Made by a program: the position numbers and the translations under genes. Positions 27,592 through 38,017 of a stretch of DNA of 64,000 bases are shown piece after piece. The notes below the pieces were generated by a model, which saw nothing but the letters and a program-made list of their open reading frames with translations, ran no database searches and was not told where the DNA came from. This stretch comes from an uncultured virus (IMG/VR IMGVR_UViG_3300009060_000024) (Duplodnaviria; Heunggongvirae; Uroviricota; Caudoviricetes), in IMG/VR virus record IMGVR_UViG_3300009060_000024; one strand, 5' to 3'. The first letter of the stretch is position 1. Every line of letters starts with the position of its first letter.

Positions 27592-28581
27592 TCATACTCT
27601 CGGTGATATTGTCGTTCCCCATTCTATTTTGTTGAGTATAACGAGCCAAAAAAGGCTCGATGTACATATCATCGCTGCAGTTGTCCAACCTATATCAGGA
27701 ATGCATATAACAACAAATCCAAACAGAGACATTCCCTCTATACTAGACATGTTTCTCAGTCTCTTCTTCCTATTATAACTCCCTGTAAACATTAGGGAGT
27801 TTGAAGCTAGATAGCGCAATAGCATCAGTAATACAAACACAGAAAACACCATCCATCCGCCCCCAAGAGAGTGTATCGCAAGAGTTCCAAATACGAACAT
27901 TGCGAAGTCAAATGCCGTGGCCATCATCTGCGCGTGTTCAGAAACGTATATTGTTGAATCGCCTGCTTGAGAGCCTAATGCTATCAATAGGTTGGATTCG
28001 TCCTGCATTATATCCTTCATCTCTCCAGACACTGCTATCTGGTACATAACCCATACAAACACATACATACACATTATCCAAAACAGTGGTTCTATTGGAC
28101 CTCCAGAGTATAGATAGGCAGAAGCGAATACAGTTGTATGTGCTATTGAGATTGGTATTGATTTGAAGTCGGTTTGTTTGCCGTACATGTTGTACAATAA
28201 CCCTGATGCTATACCAACACATATTGCCAATACAGCCATCATAGAGCTGTGAATACTCCCTTGAGTAAACACGAATATCAGCCACACGACAGTCAATAAA
28301 AACATCCCGGTGACAAACACTCTTGCACTTTGGGGAGATAAAGTTCCTTTATTTAGAGGGTGATGCTTCTTATTCTCGTCCTTTTTGTCGTATCCTTTTG
28401 CCCAGTCCAAATAGCTATTGATCCCATAACCTGCGAGATGGTATAGCAGTCCGAACACAGCCCAGTAAAAAACATTCATGGACAGCACGCTCCCAGTAGC
28501 TATTGAAGCTCCCATTATAGCTGGAACGGTCTCTAATGGAGCTGTATGCGCTCTTGTAAGTTGAAGGTATTGTTTAATCAT
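27592..28581 (-). CDS. UbiA-family prenyltransferase 1
   Basis: YLQLTRAHT, NSYLDWAKGYD...HHPL..G, GEMKDIMQD, many TM helices. Confidence 0.88.
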   Translation of the reverse strand: MIKQYLQLTRAHTAPLETVPAIMGASIATGSVLSMNVFYWAVFGLLYHLAGYGINSYLDWAKGYDKKDENKKHHPLNKGTLSPQSARVFVTGMFLLTVVWLIFVFTQGSIHSSMMAVLAICVGIASGLLYNMYGKQTDFKSIPISIAHTTVFASAYLYSGGPIEPLFWIMCMYVFVWVMYQIAVSGEMKDIMQDESNLLIALGSQAGDSTIYVSEHAQMMATAFDFAMFVFGTLAIHSLGGGWMVFSVFVLLMLLRYLASNSLMFTGSYNRKKRLRNMSSIEGMSLFGFVVICIPDIGWTTAAMICTSSLFWLVILNKIEWGTTISPRV

Positions 28582-28822
28582 CTTTTTGTTTTGTATCTGT
28601 TACTGTAACACATGAGTAGCAGTTTAAGAATTTACCGCATTCTTCACACTCTACATCAGCATTATTTGAATACTGATCGCCCTGGCTAGATTTAGTTCCT
28701 TTTGAATAAAGGTCAAACACTACAGTCTGTTCACACTCTGGGCATTGAACAACAAGTATTGAGTCTGCCCCATTCTGTTCATTTATATCTGTTATCATCC
28801 ACTCGTCGTAGTAATCAACCAT
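28574..28822 (-). CDS. Zn-ribbon protein
   Basis: CPEC, CEEC. Confidence 0.65.
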   Translation of the reverse strand: MVDYYDEWMITDINEQNGADSILVVQCPECEQTVVFDLYSKGTKSSQGDQYSNNADVECEECGKFLNCYSCVTVTDTKQKDD

Positions 28823-28825
28823 TTT

Positions 28826-29086
28826 CTATTCGTTTGGTTTATATTTCTTTCTGTGTACAGATAGTACTGGGTATACAAACGCTCCACACCGTCCACATCG
28901 GGACTTCTCAGATCTGTAACTTTCAACAGTCCCTCCGTTCATTGGACCCCAATCATCTGATTTGATTGACGGTTCCATTACTACTATACCCTTCTGACAG
29001 CATGGGCATGGAGCCACAACAAAACCCTCTGGGTTTGATTCTGCTGCAATATCTGTCAACGTATCCTTTTGTTCATCGGAAAGCAA
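28826..29086 (-). CDS. Zn-ribbon protein
   Basis: CPCC, CGRC. Confidence 0.6.
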   Translation of the reverse strand: MLSDEQKDTLTDIAAESNPEGFVVAPCPCCQKGIVVMEPSIKSDDWGPMNGGTVESYRSEKSRCGRCGAFVYPVLSVHRKKYKPNE

Positions 29087-29428
29087 TGTTATATCTCCAT
29101 TGATAAATGAGGCTTTGGAGCCTTTAATATTTCGTAGCCGTCAACGTCATCTCCCTCGGACAGTATTTTGCTTATAAGCTTTTGTTTATCGTCGTGCTTC
29201 AATATTTTGTTCTCTCCTATTGCTATCCATTCTGTTCTCATAAGTATCTGTCCTTTGGCACTAGATAATTTCCTTTCTTCTCGTAATCGGTTATGGTTTT
29301 GTTCCATGGAAGGATGTATGATGTTCCAATGAGTATCGATCCTTCAGGTGGGTCGCCATGCCGTCCTACGTGAGGCATACAAGCGTGTACATCTTGGGGG
29401 GATATAAACTTTGCCCACACTGACTACT

Positions 29429-29935
29429 CTATGGAGGGTAAAGACCTGTACGTGCTTCAGACCATTCGAGAGTGAAAGAGTAGTCAGCAGATCCCCCGGC
29501 TTGATTTGTTACAAGTGCCCTAATAGAATATGATGGTGGAATCAGAAACTGAGCACCTGGAACTGTAACAGGGGTTGTTCCCTTTTGACCTGCTGCAATC
29601 AGTTCTTGTCCAAATGATGTGCCCCCTGAGTACGTGCCACTATAACCAAATTCAGACTGTGCAGAATTTGATTTGTCAAATCTAATGTTTGTACCAGGTA
29701 TAAGTGTCCCTATGCTTGTTATAGTGGGGTTCCTTAACAACTCAACATACGCTTTCCCCTCTGCCGCTATTGCAACTGTGTCAAGAGACACCATGACCCC
29801 CGATCCAGATGGGTTTCTGAATGCGAACTGGGATGTGTCCCCCCGGGCTGCTAGGTTAAAGAATCTTGTCCTCCTATACGATCTCCCTTCTTGAAGATTT
29901 ACTTCTGATGCAGTTGTCTGTCCTGTCCCAACCAT
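29429..29935 (-). CDS. putative virion jelly-roll-like protein
   Basis: F.NP.GSGV...NPTI.S.GT motif shared with the adjacent paralog. Confidence 0.6.
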   Translation of the reverse strand: MVGTGQTTASEVNLQEGRSYRRTRFFNLAARGDTSQFAFRNPSGSGVMVSLDTVAIAAEGKAYVELLRNPTITSIGTLIPGTNIRFDKSNSAQSEFGYSGTYSGGTSFGQELIAAGQKGTTPVTVPGAQFLIPPSYSIRALVTNQAGGSADYSFTLEWSEARTGLYPP

Positions 29936-30597
29936 TATACATTAACCTCCTCGTCCCATACTATCTCAAGTTCTATGTCGTATGTTTTTCCTGAATTATT
30001 GTATACTTGTAGAGACATTGAATTTCCCTGCTCGATCTCTTTGTATGGAGCCTGAACTGATTTTCCCAATGCCCTGTCTAACTTCCCAGCTGGAGATACG
30101 TACACCTCTGTGTCTGATCCGACTGTAAATGTTGCGCCATACCCCGTGTTTGACGTGGACGAATCAGCAGCTCCAATATTCTGGTTTATAGCTGTTAAAG
30201 AGGTCCCCTGAGATGATATTGTTGGGTTTTTAGATGTTGTTAGAGTTGCATCCCCCGCTATCGTGAATGTCACAACCGCAATCGTGTACGTAACACCAGA
30301 TCCAGCAGGATTTGAAAAGGTCATATTAACTGTTGTATTATCTGGAATGTTAGGGTAAACATGATGCACCGCATACCTTCTCCCCTGTGACAGAGCAAGT
30401 GTACTCCTGTCTGTTGTTATAAACGCCTCCCCGAAAGTGCCAACTAGTGACTGCAATTGAGACAGTATATTAGATTGGGTTGTTTCTGTTGCTACTTTAT
30501 CTCTTATCTGCTGGAGTATAGAAGTTATACTGGGTGTTCCAGACAGTGCATCTAGTATCTTTCTTAGATAGTTAGATATTTCTCTATCGCTACTCAT
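29935..30597 (-). CDS. putative virion protein, paralog of 29429..29935
   Basis: Helical N-terminus plus FSNPAGSGV...NPTISSQGT. Confidence 0.6.
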   Translation of the reverse strand: MSSDREISNYLRKILDALSGTPSITSILQQIRDKVATETTQSNILSQLQSLVGTFGEAFITTDRSTLALSQGRRYAVHHVYPNIPDNTTVNMTFSNPAGSGVTYTIAVVTFTIAGDATLTTSKNPTISSQGTSLTAINQNIGAADSSTSNTGYGATFTVGSDTEVYVSPAGKLDRALGKSVQAPYKEIEQGNSMSLQVYNNSGKTYDIELEIVWDEEVNV

Positions 30598-31084
30598 TTA
30601 CTGTCCCTTCAACTCTTACAACACTGAACTCAATCGGTTCTCTTGCACGTATATCAGCGTCAAACATTTCAGTGAACGTGTAACCAGACACTCCAACAAC
30701 ATATGACCCGCTTGGAGTGTCATATGCACTCACATGTTCAAGCTCGTCTGATATAGATGATAGATTGGCGTATGAATCATCAACCACATATCTATCGTCT
30801 ACATAAATGGTGACATCGAAGTTAGGAGAATCTGCCACGGCTAAGAAGTTATGCATCTCACCGTTTCCGTGAATTGGCAGTGTGTCTTGGTCAGTATCAG
30901 ATGGTTCGGGGGTGAACTGTGTGTTCTTTATTACGTTTTTCTGCTGAAGGAAGAACACACGTTCCTCTTGTTCTTCAGCTTCTACTACAGTATCTTGAAC
31001 ATTGTCCCTCCTCATCTCCTCTATGAGTATTAGATTTGTAACAAAATCTCCCTTAACCTTATTTGCTATTTCTTCATCGTTCAT
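30590..31084 (-). CDS. hypothetical acidic protein
   Basis: 164-aa ORF. Confidence 0.65.
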   Translation of the reverse strand: MNDEEIANKVKGDFVTNLILIEEMRRDNVQDTVVEAEEQEERVFFLQQKNVIKNTQFTPEPSDTDQDTLPIHGNGEMHNFLAVADSPNFDVTIYVDDRYVVDDSYANLSSISDELEHVSAYDTPSGSYVVGVSGYTFTEMFDADIRAREPIEFSVVRVEGTVNE

Positions 31085-31238
31085 TTCTTAATCACCTCCA
31101 CAGATTCTATCCTCCCCTCCTCATCTCTTATCACTTCAGTAACCTCAACTGTGTTTTCATCTTCTTTTGATCCGCCTGAAATCTCTATCAAAGTATTGAG
31201 TATTGGCCAGGGCCAAATCCCAAGCGGTCCCCCTATCA

Positions 31239-31676
31239 TCAGTAACCACTCGAAGGCGTCCTTTTCTTTATAGCTTCTGGGGATATTAATGCTTTTTGTT
31301 TCAAGTCTTGTGGTGGCTCCTCATCGAGGTACGCATATGTGAACATATACGCGGTAGCTCTCGCCACCTCTGGAGAAAGTCCATCAGATCCATTCCTCCC
31401 CCAAAGCATTTGCATTGCCATTATTCGAGGCGGTCTTGCATTGAACAGGGCACATGATCCCTTCGGTGCTATCTTGCCGGGGTTGGGGTCTTCTTTAGCA
31501 GACACCATATCGCATTTCCCAGTGTCTGTGTTGTAGTGATTGCAATTAGCACATCTGAAACTCTTAAGGTAACTATTGTTTACGTAATACGCTTGTCCTT
31601 TTGTGAACTTTCCAGCTTGATCTCTCAATCGCCTAAGTTTCCCTGCCATTTTTACCATGTTAGTATAGAACGTCAC
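31239..31676 (-). CDS. HiPIP-like 4-Cys domain protein
   Basis: RCANCNHY...CDMV...IAPKGSCALF. Confidence 0.6.
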   Translation of the reverse strand: MTFYTNMVKMAGKLRRLRDQAGKFTKGQAYYVNNSYLKSFRCANCNHYNTDTGKCDMVSAKEDPNPGKIAPKGSCALFNARPPRIMAMQMLWGRNGSDGLSPEVARATAYMFTYAYLDEEPPQDLKQKALISPEAIKKRTPSSGY

Positions 31677-31687
31677 CGCGTATAAAA

Positions 31688-32305
31688 TTATCTACTCAAC
31701 CTTTGTTCTTTCTCAAGAAAATCATCAACGTATTGTAGTCCTTCTCTTGTATTTATTGACGCATGCACTCTTTTAACAACCCATCCAAACGGCCTCCTCA
31801 GACCTCTCTTGGCATCCACGTTTCCAGCCTTTACTGCGTTTGCTATAGCCTGAGGGTTGTTATCTGCGTCTATGAGGTTATAGCTTGAGTCAACCTGAAA
31901 CACATTATGTGCATCAGAGTTTCCAAGCTCTATTGTGTTCATTGACCCTTCGTACTGAAGCTTTCCTCCGTTATACTTCTCGTTAATATTGATACCTCTC
32001 TTATTCATTTCCCATTGGGCGGTTTTTCTTATATTGACCTTTGATCTTCTTCGTGGGTGTGCAAAGAATCTAAGTCCTTGATCTGGATAGCTTACTATGT
32101 GAACCTCTGGGGATATATTCTCTGTGTGTTCTATACCATTGAGTATAGTCAGTTCATCATCCTGTACGTTTGCCATCTTGTCATGTCCCACAAACCCAAC
32201 AGCATCATATCCAAATAGTTTGTATGCTCTAAGCATTCTTTTGCGTTTGCTACGACTGTCCCAAGATACCATGGGGTCGTGGGCGTGCAAGTCTACTTTA
32301 AGCAT
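31688..32305 (-). CDS. PHP-family phosphoesterase
   Basis: DLHAH, HD, GIE, AHP, NSDAH. Confidence 0.85.
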   Translation of the reverse strand: MLKVDLHAHDPMVSWDSRSKRKRMLRAYKLFGYDAVGFVGHDKMANVQDDELTILNGIEHTENISPEVHIVSYPDQGLRFFAHPRRRSKVNIRKTAQWEMNKRGININEKYNGGKLQYEGSMNTIELGNSDAHNVFQVDSSYNLIDADNNPQAIANAVKAGNVDAKRGLRRPFGWVVKRVHASINTREGLQYVDDFLEKEQRLSR

Positions 32306-32949
32306 TAAAACCTATCTCCATTGAGTACCTGCTGTATATACCCCCTGTCCGTTTCAGGTCCAAAAGGCATGTGTCTCTGGGACTTATACACGTAAGCCTC
32401 AGGCACAAATTTAACATCTCCTATCTTCTGCATCTTTCTACGTAACTTCATTTCTTCCTCGTAGAACATCTGAACTCGGTTTTGCTGGTTTATATCCGTA
32501 TTGAACCCACCAACACGGTCAAATGCTTCAGTTTTAAATGCTGAGTTGTTTCCTTGGAGATTTGTGAATCTTTTGTACGTGTTATTTGCAAACAGTCTGA
32601 TGTGCCACATCCATTTCTGTGGATAGCACGGTCCTTGAGTTGCAACAACATTATCATCTTCGTAGAAGGGCCTTGTTATCTCATCGGCCCACCAGCTAGG
32701 GTATATATCCCCAGCGTCGGCGCATAATATTATATCAGCGTCATAATTTTCAACTCCGTATATCCTAGCATTTAATTTCCCTCTTGGAACGTTAACGACC
32801 TCATCTGCATAGCTACGTGCTATATCTCTTGTCCCATCATCAGAGTCCGAGTCAAGGACTATAGTCTCTCCTTGACCCTCAAGAGATTTTAGAGTGTCCT
32901 CTATGTAGTTTGCCTCATCTAATGTGCATATGTGTATTTGTTCTTTCAT
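32305..32949 (-). CDS. GT2 glycosyltransferase
   Basis: DSDSDDGT, ADAG, GNNSAF...VGGF. Confidence 0.88.
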   Translation of the reverse strand: MKEQIHICTLDEANYIEDTLKSLEGQGETIVLDSDSDDGTRDIARSYADEVVNVPRGKLNARIYGVENYDADIILCADAGDIYPSWWADEITRPFYEDDNVVATQGPCYPQKWMWHIRLFANNTYKRFTNLQGNNSAFKTEAFDRVGGFNTDINQQNRVQMFYEEEMKLRRKMQKIGDVKFVPEAYVYKSQRHMPFGPETDRGYIQQVLNGDRF

Positions 32950-33581
32950 CAGTATTCAGATTTCCAATGTATATCGGTCTTTCCTCCCAATTCATCATCG
33001 TACTCATTGAACCACATCCATCTAAACTGCTGCACTCCTTGTCTTGCAGAAACGTCATTGGCGAACACATGTCTTGCTGGTTGGAGCCATGCAGAGAGTT
33101 CCTTGTGTGTGCAGAAATGGACCTCATCTTTGACCTCGAAACAAGTTGTATGCACCTGCTCTTTAGTGCGCTTCCAAAAAGCAGGTTGATGTGTAACTCG
33201 TGGTATATCTAATCTTCCGCCAGTCTCAGATATATACTGCTTTGAATATGATCCGTTGTCGGGTCCGTATTCTTTAGTCACCTCAACATACGCTGTAGGA
33301 TCATTTCTAAACCCGAGGTTCAGGAGTTTGTCCTCGGCATCACTCATTGTGCCCTTGATCTTGCCGGAGAACAGCTTATTGTATGGGATGTTTATTGAAG
33401 GGTAATACTTGAGTCTGGCTTTCTGTAACTCGTTCCCACGCCTAAGAGCATCCCTAACCTGAAGCTGCTTAATATCCTGTCTATGTACAACCGGCTTCCT
33501 TGTATCAGACAAGAATCTGGATTTTATCCCCCTGTCCCTACTGGTCCAGAGTTTTATCTTGTCTTTTACGGGGGTTCCCAT
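32949..33581 (-). CDS. hypothetical basic protein
   Basis: 210 aa; H.E...P..H motif also in 36833..37309. Confidence 0.65.
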   Translation of the reverse strand: MGTPVKDKIKLWTSRDRGIKSRFLSDTRKPVVHRQDIKQLQVRDALRRGNELQKARLKYYPSINIPYNKLFSGKIKGTMSDAEDKLLNLGFRNDPTAYVEVTKEYGPDNGSYSKQYISETGGRLDIPRVTHQPAFWKRTKEQVHTTCFEVKDEVHFCTHKELSAWLQPARHVFANDVSARQGVQQFRWMWFNEYDDELGGKTDIHWKSEY

Positions 33582-33843
33582 ACTGTATCCAATATGCCGT
33601 CCGGGGGTTTTATTTTACCGGGTCAAGACCTCTTGTACTGTTGGTAATTTGCGTGTATGTTATCCTCTATTTGCTTCTCCATTATATCAGACATGGGAGC
33701 TACCATGTTCTTGCAGAACTCATCGAATGACATATTGTCATCTGAGAACTCACTGAACATTTCAACATACTTCGATTCTATTTTTAGTTCTATCGGCTCA
33801 TCTTCATCGCCTACGTTTAATTGAACGTTTGTGTATGACATTA

Positions 33844-34638
33844 TTATACAGCCTTTGACTGTGTTGTTAATGTTCCCTGAGTATTTACAACATTGTAAAG
33901 AGCCTGTTCCTCAGATGGCGTTATAACTCTGTTGTATATCGTCACGTCACTTATCGCTCCATGGTAGTGATAACTGTTGTTATACTGCTTTCCTATCATA
34001 TTGCTATGACTGCCAGATGATAATGCGTTGCTGAATGTTGATGTCTGAGATCCGTTTACATAAACTGCCCAGTTATCATTACTTGAATCATACGTCACCA
34101 TTACTCTAGTCCATTGATTCGCGCTTATTGTACCCACGCCCTGATGCCATGTCCCATTTGTCCACACGTCTATACTCCCGCTAGTAGACTCGTCAACGTC
34201 AACAATAAATCTAACGTCCGCCCTCAAAACAATGAATCTCATGTGGCTACTTACTGTTGCTGGGCGTGCCCAGAAAGAAACTGAAAATGAGCTTGTAGGA
34301 GAAACAAGCCCACTTGGCAGGCTGATGTAATCGTCAACTCCGTCAAGACTCCACGATGTCACGCCTAATGGAGCTGGCGTTGTTCCAGTTCCGCTTGGGC
34401 CTGCCCCATTATTAGATGTCGCGTTGTAGCCATTCCCAGAGAAATCATACCCTGTAGTGCCACTTGTCTCCTGAAACAACCAATATGCAACTAATGAACT
34501 TGAATACAGAGGGCTTACAGTTCCATAACCCTGTCTGATTGTAGATGCATTATTATATGCAGTGTGATTTGTATTCTCGTGTACGACTCCACTCTCAGAC
34601 GCAGCGTTATTAAAGTCTGTTGATGTGAATTGTACCAT
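33844..34638 (-). CDS. LamG/concanavalin A-like domain protein (receptor-binding candidate)
   Basis: LVAYWLF.E.SGT...LDGVDDYI...SFSVSFW...VYVNG...G.ISDV.IYNR. Confidence 0.88.
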   Translation of the reverse strand: MVQFTSTDFNNAASESGVVHENTNHTAYNNASTIRQGYGTVSPLYSSSLVAYWLFQETSGTTGYDFSGNGYNATSNNGAGPSGTGTTPAPLGVTSWSLDGVDDYISLPSGLVSPTSSFSVSFWARPATVSSHMRFIVLRADVRFIVDVDESTSGSIDVWTNGTWHQGVGTISANQWTRVMVTYDSSNDNWAVYVNGSQTSTFSNALSSGSHSNMIGKQYNNSYHYHGAISDVTIYNRVITPSEEQALYNVVNTQGTLTTQSKAV

Positions 34639-34979
34639 TATGGGTTAACTCCATGGTTTTGTATTCCCTTGAGTATAGTGTTATCTGCATCGGATGGGTT
34701 TATTTTCCAATTATGAATCTGGGTTGCCAATGGAGTCACTGTTATTGGACCTGTTACAGATGCATAATTTGTAACTGTTGACGGAGGTCCAATACTCATC
34801 TCTATCGAAACAGATCCAGAACCGTTAAACGAATTTGATGTAGTATAAGACGTTTTTCCATCTACGAGGGGTATAGTATCAGATACCCCAGATGGCTGTT
34901 CGTTTATTGTTATAGATTCTCCACCAGAGTTTGATTGTATGTTAACACCGCCAAACTTAACTGTGTACGATGCCATCAC
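34638..34979 (-). CDS. putative virion protein
   Basis: S/T/G-rich, coupled to the LamG gene. Confidence 0.55.
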   Translation of the reverse strand: MMASYTVKFGGVNIQSNSGGESITINEQPSGVSDTIPLVDGKTSYTTSNSFNGSGSVSIEMSIGPPSTVTNYASVTGPITVTPLATQIHNWKINPSDADNTILKGIQNHGVNP

Positions 34980-35383
34980 AGCACCTCTGGCACATTACCA
35001 TTTTTAGATTCCACTGTCCATTGAGGACATGCTCCCCCAATTGTATCATCATGTGTACACAGGTGGTATCGTATCATGTACCATTCAGAGTCGGATACAA
35101 CATCTGATTCAATACTCCTTATAAGACTGTTCTTGTCAATAGTTTCGTCAAATCTATGCATTGATCTCCAGTAAGTTATCTGCGACTGTCCTTGATTTAC
35201 AGAAGTTGTGGCACTTATCCAGTCGAGAGCCCATTTTGACATCCTGCCACTGTACTTACTCAATATATTATTGTCCGTTCTTGTTTTAAGCACGCTTGGA
35301 TATGGAGATGATGGGCTGGGTGTGTTTTTTGATGATGTACTCCTCTTGTCGCTTGCTATCATTTCTACTGCGTGGAGTGACAT
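34976..35383 (-). CDS. hypothetical protein
   Basis: YHLCTHD...CP.W motif. Confidence 0.6.
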   Translation of the reverse strand: MSLHAVEMIASDKRSTSSKNTPSPSSPYPSVLKTRTDNNILSKYSGRMSKWALDWISATTSVNQGQSQITYWRSMHRFDETIDKNSLIRSIESDVVSDSEWYMIRYHLCTHDDTIGGACPQWTVESKNGNVPEVL

Positions 35384-35398
35384 TGTTCAACCATATTT

Positions 35399-36442
35399 TT
35401 ATGCAGCCAGAGTGGCTATGCTCCCACTACTGTTTATCGCCTTTAATGAACTGTCTGCACTGTCTGTATACACCTTCCATCCTGAGGATGGTGGTGTTGG
35501 AGTGCTTGCAGACAAGTATCCAACGGATGTTGGAACTCTCATGTGGGACGACTGAACACCACCAGCACCATTGGATTCTGAATATATCTCAGCTACTGTA
35601 CTCCCGTCTAAGTTGAATTGGTATGCTTGTGTCGATCCAGATGTTGACGCACTTGTGACTGGCATATCCACAAGACCAACAGATCCAGAATCTTGTGATA
35701 TTGCAAGAGTTCCAGTTTCAATACCAGCAGAGAATTTCTGTTGTCCTGTCCATGTTGGAGTTATGCCAAGGTCAAGCTCCCTGTTGCTTATTCCATTCTG
35801 AGCAACGTTAATTTGAACAGATGATCCTAATGATCCTGTTCCTCCTCCACTAAGCGCACTACCAGCTGTAACTCCTAGTGTGTCATATTGGAGGTGGCTA
35901 TTCTGTACATTTCCAGAGCTTCCATCATACACAACACTCCCATTGCGATCAGTTATATTTCCTATCGATCTTATACCTCCCCCAAAGTCCTGTCTTGTTG
36001 ACCAGCTGAACGTTTTTGACGTGTCAACAAGAGATGGGACTATACCAGATTGCTGAACTCTCAAGTCACCAGCACCTGATATTGTAATTGCACTCCCTTC
36101 TATATTTGTTAGCTGTTTCGTGTTGGCTATATCGCCAGAGAGTGCATGCAGGTATTCTATTGAAACGTTATTGGCAGCTGTACCTAATGACGATCCTCCT
36201 TGGTTTGGACCACTGTGGTTGTGTATCGGTATCCCTGACGATCCTCCAAGAGCGGTAAACTGAGATCCATTCCCATGGTACACCGTGCCTCCAACAGTTA
36301 TCACAGCACCTTTCTCGTTCTTTGCCTCGTTTAGCGAGTTATAATTGGGAGTTACTAAGAGCGCTCCCGGGCGGAGTTCTTCACCACTCTGTTCATTTGA
36401 GTGGTCGTGTGGACCTTGTGGGCTTCCAAAACCACCACTCAT
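35399..36442 (-). CDS. fibre or spike-like virion protein
   Basis: G/S-rich; HDH/HNH motifs; TWTGQQKF; LSGGG. Confidence 0.65.
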   Translation of the reverse strand: MSGGFGSPQGPHDHSNEQSGEELRPGALLVTPNYNSLNEAKNEKGAVITVGGTVYHGNGSQFTALGGSSGIPIHNHSGPNQGGSSLGTAANNVSIEYLHALSGDIANTKQLTNIEGSAITISGAGDLRVQQSGIVPSLVDTSKTFSWSTRQDFGGGIRSIGNITDRNGSVVYDGSSGNVQNSHLQYDTLGVTAGSALSGGGTGSLGSSVQINVAQNGISNRELDLGITPTWTGQQKFSAGIETGTLAISQDSGSVGLVDMPVTSASTSGSTQAYQFNLDGSTVAEIYSESNGAGGVQSSHMRVPTSVGYLSASTPTPPSSGWKVYTDSADSSLKAINSSGSIATLAA

Positions 36443-36780
36443 TTTACCATCTCCCCTGTTATGCTTCCAGATGCTGATTTAACCAATTGATCTGACTGGT
36501 TAACAGCTCTGAACTCTATGTCCCTGTTACTTACATTGACTCCTTTTCTTCCAAATTTGTATGGCTCCTCTGTCACGTATAGCTGATCGTTATTATCATG
36601 GTCGTATATCTCTATTCTTAGCCCTGCGTGCGGGATGCCTTTTCCATCCCGTATTCCAGCTCTTTGTATGTCGAATCTGCATCCTATTGGAGGGGTGAAC
36701 CTAGCAATCTGGAACTTTTCACCTTTCTTCAAGTCCCGATTGTAGAATCTGAAATCCTCTGTGACGTTATCCATCACCAT
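36439..36780 (-). CDS. hypothetical beta-rich protein
   Basis: 113-aa ORF. Confidence 0.6.
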   Translation of the reverse strand: MVMDNVTEDFRFYNRDLKKGEKFQIARFTPPIGCRFDIQRAGIRDGKGIPHAGLRIEIYDHDNNDQLYVTEEPYKFGRKGVNVSNRDIEFRAVNQSDQLVKSASGSITGEMVK

Positions 36781-36832
36781 GTAAGCTTAGTTGACCCCCG
36801 ACGCTAATAAAAGTTACTCGAACAGTTGAGAT

Positions 36833-37309
36833 CTATACTAGTGGATCTGGCGACCAAGACGAATCCATAGGGTGCGCATCGTAGCTTAAATCTGACTCGG
36901 CAACACTCACAAATATACGCTGTCCAGCTCCATAGTTAACATCTACATTGTGTATATGCTGACTTGGATCTGTAATAGAGAGTGCTTCTCTGTGAACTTC
37001 CCATTGAAGCCCAACAGTGCCGTTGTGCATTACAGCCCTTGCACGTCCATGAACCTGAGTCTGGTGATGTTCAAGCTTTCCAGATTCTAGTATTTCTCCC
37101 GGTTCCATTGCATTGATCATAGTGCCAGTCTCCTTGTATGCAATCGGCCATCCAACTATGAACCCGGCTTTTGCGAGTTCGTGGTTGACGCCTTGTATGT
37201 CTGTTGTTGGCATCCATACAGATGGCTCATCTTTGGGGTATGGCCTTTTTACAGCAAGGCACCTTAATTTTAGGAACTCTTTATCTGCCTCCTTTACTAT
37301 ATCGTTCAT
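36833..37309 (-). CDS. hypothetical protein
   Basis: QVHGR...HRE...P..H. Confidence 0.6.
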   Translation of the reverse strand: MNDIVKEADKEFLKLRCLAVKRPYPKDEPSVWMPTTDIQGVNHELAKAGFIVGWPIAYKETGTMINAMEPGEILESGKLEHHQTQVHGRARAVMHNGTVGLQWEVHREALSITDPSQHIHNVDVNYGAGQRIFVSVAESDLSYDAHPMDSSWSPDPLV

Positions 37310-37502
37310 TGTTTTGAGAGGAGTTGCATTGCCTCCCCCTGAAGTTTGTACACAGTATCCGCATCTACTCCTGTTTGTTCGGCAATCATCGTACCGTCGT
37401 TAGACAGTAAGCTTGAACAATCTCCAAACCCATTTGTCTCAAGTGGAGTGAAATGAGTTTTTATTGATGGAAGCTTCCTGACTGAAACGCGATTGCCGTT
37501 AT

Positions 37503-37814
37503 TCAGTTTCCCGAGCTACCCGAATGCTGCTTGTTGTACTGACCGGCGAAATCCAGTATCTGCTTGATTGTTCCATGTGAAAGGTCTGTTCCGGCGTACC
37601 CTCCGAGAAGGTGAAGAACCATCATGATGGTCCCCGATCCAGCTCCAAGGTGCTCAAGTGTTGCAACAACTGCAACGGCAAGACCCACAACGAGTCCCTC
37701 CACGAGCTTCTGGATGCTGAACCCTTCTCCAGCTCTCATGGACTTCCACCAGTTATACACTGCCCAGACTAATGCTCCTCCGAACCACACAGCTATTGCG
37801 GTATAGTCTAACAT
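37503..37814 (-). CDS. small 3-TM membrane protein
   Basis: Three hydrophobic helices. Confidence 0.65.
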   Translation of the reverse strand: MLDYTAIAVWFGGALVWAVYNWWKSMRAGEGFSIQKLVEGLVVGLAVAVVATLEHLGAGSGTIMMVLHLLGGYAGTDLSHGTIKQILDFAGQYNKQHSGSSGN

Positions 37815-38017
37815 ACCATTTTCAAATATACACCACAACACTTTAAAGCTATCTCATTCGTCTCTCCACGGAGAGTTATGCTATACGTGTGGTTTGGCAC
37901 GGTGTTGGTGATACGTCGTCCATAGAAGCGTCACACGGGCGTGTGTGCCCGTCTTTGTGTGGCCGCCGGGGTTGGCCCACACGCAACTGAAACGCCCACA
38001 CGACGCCATACAAGCGC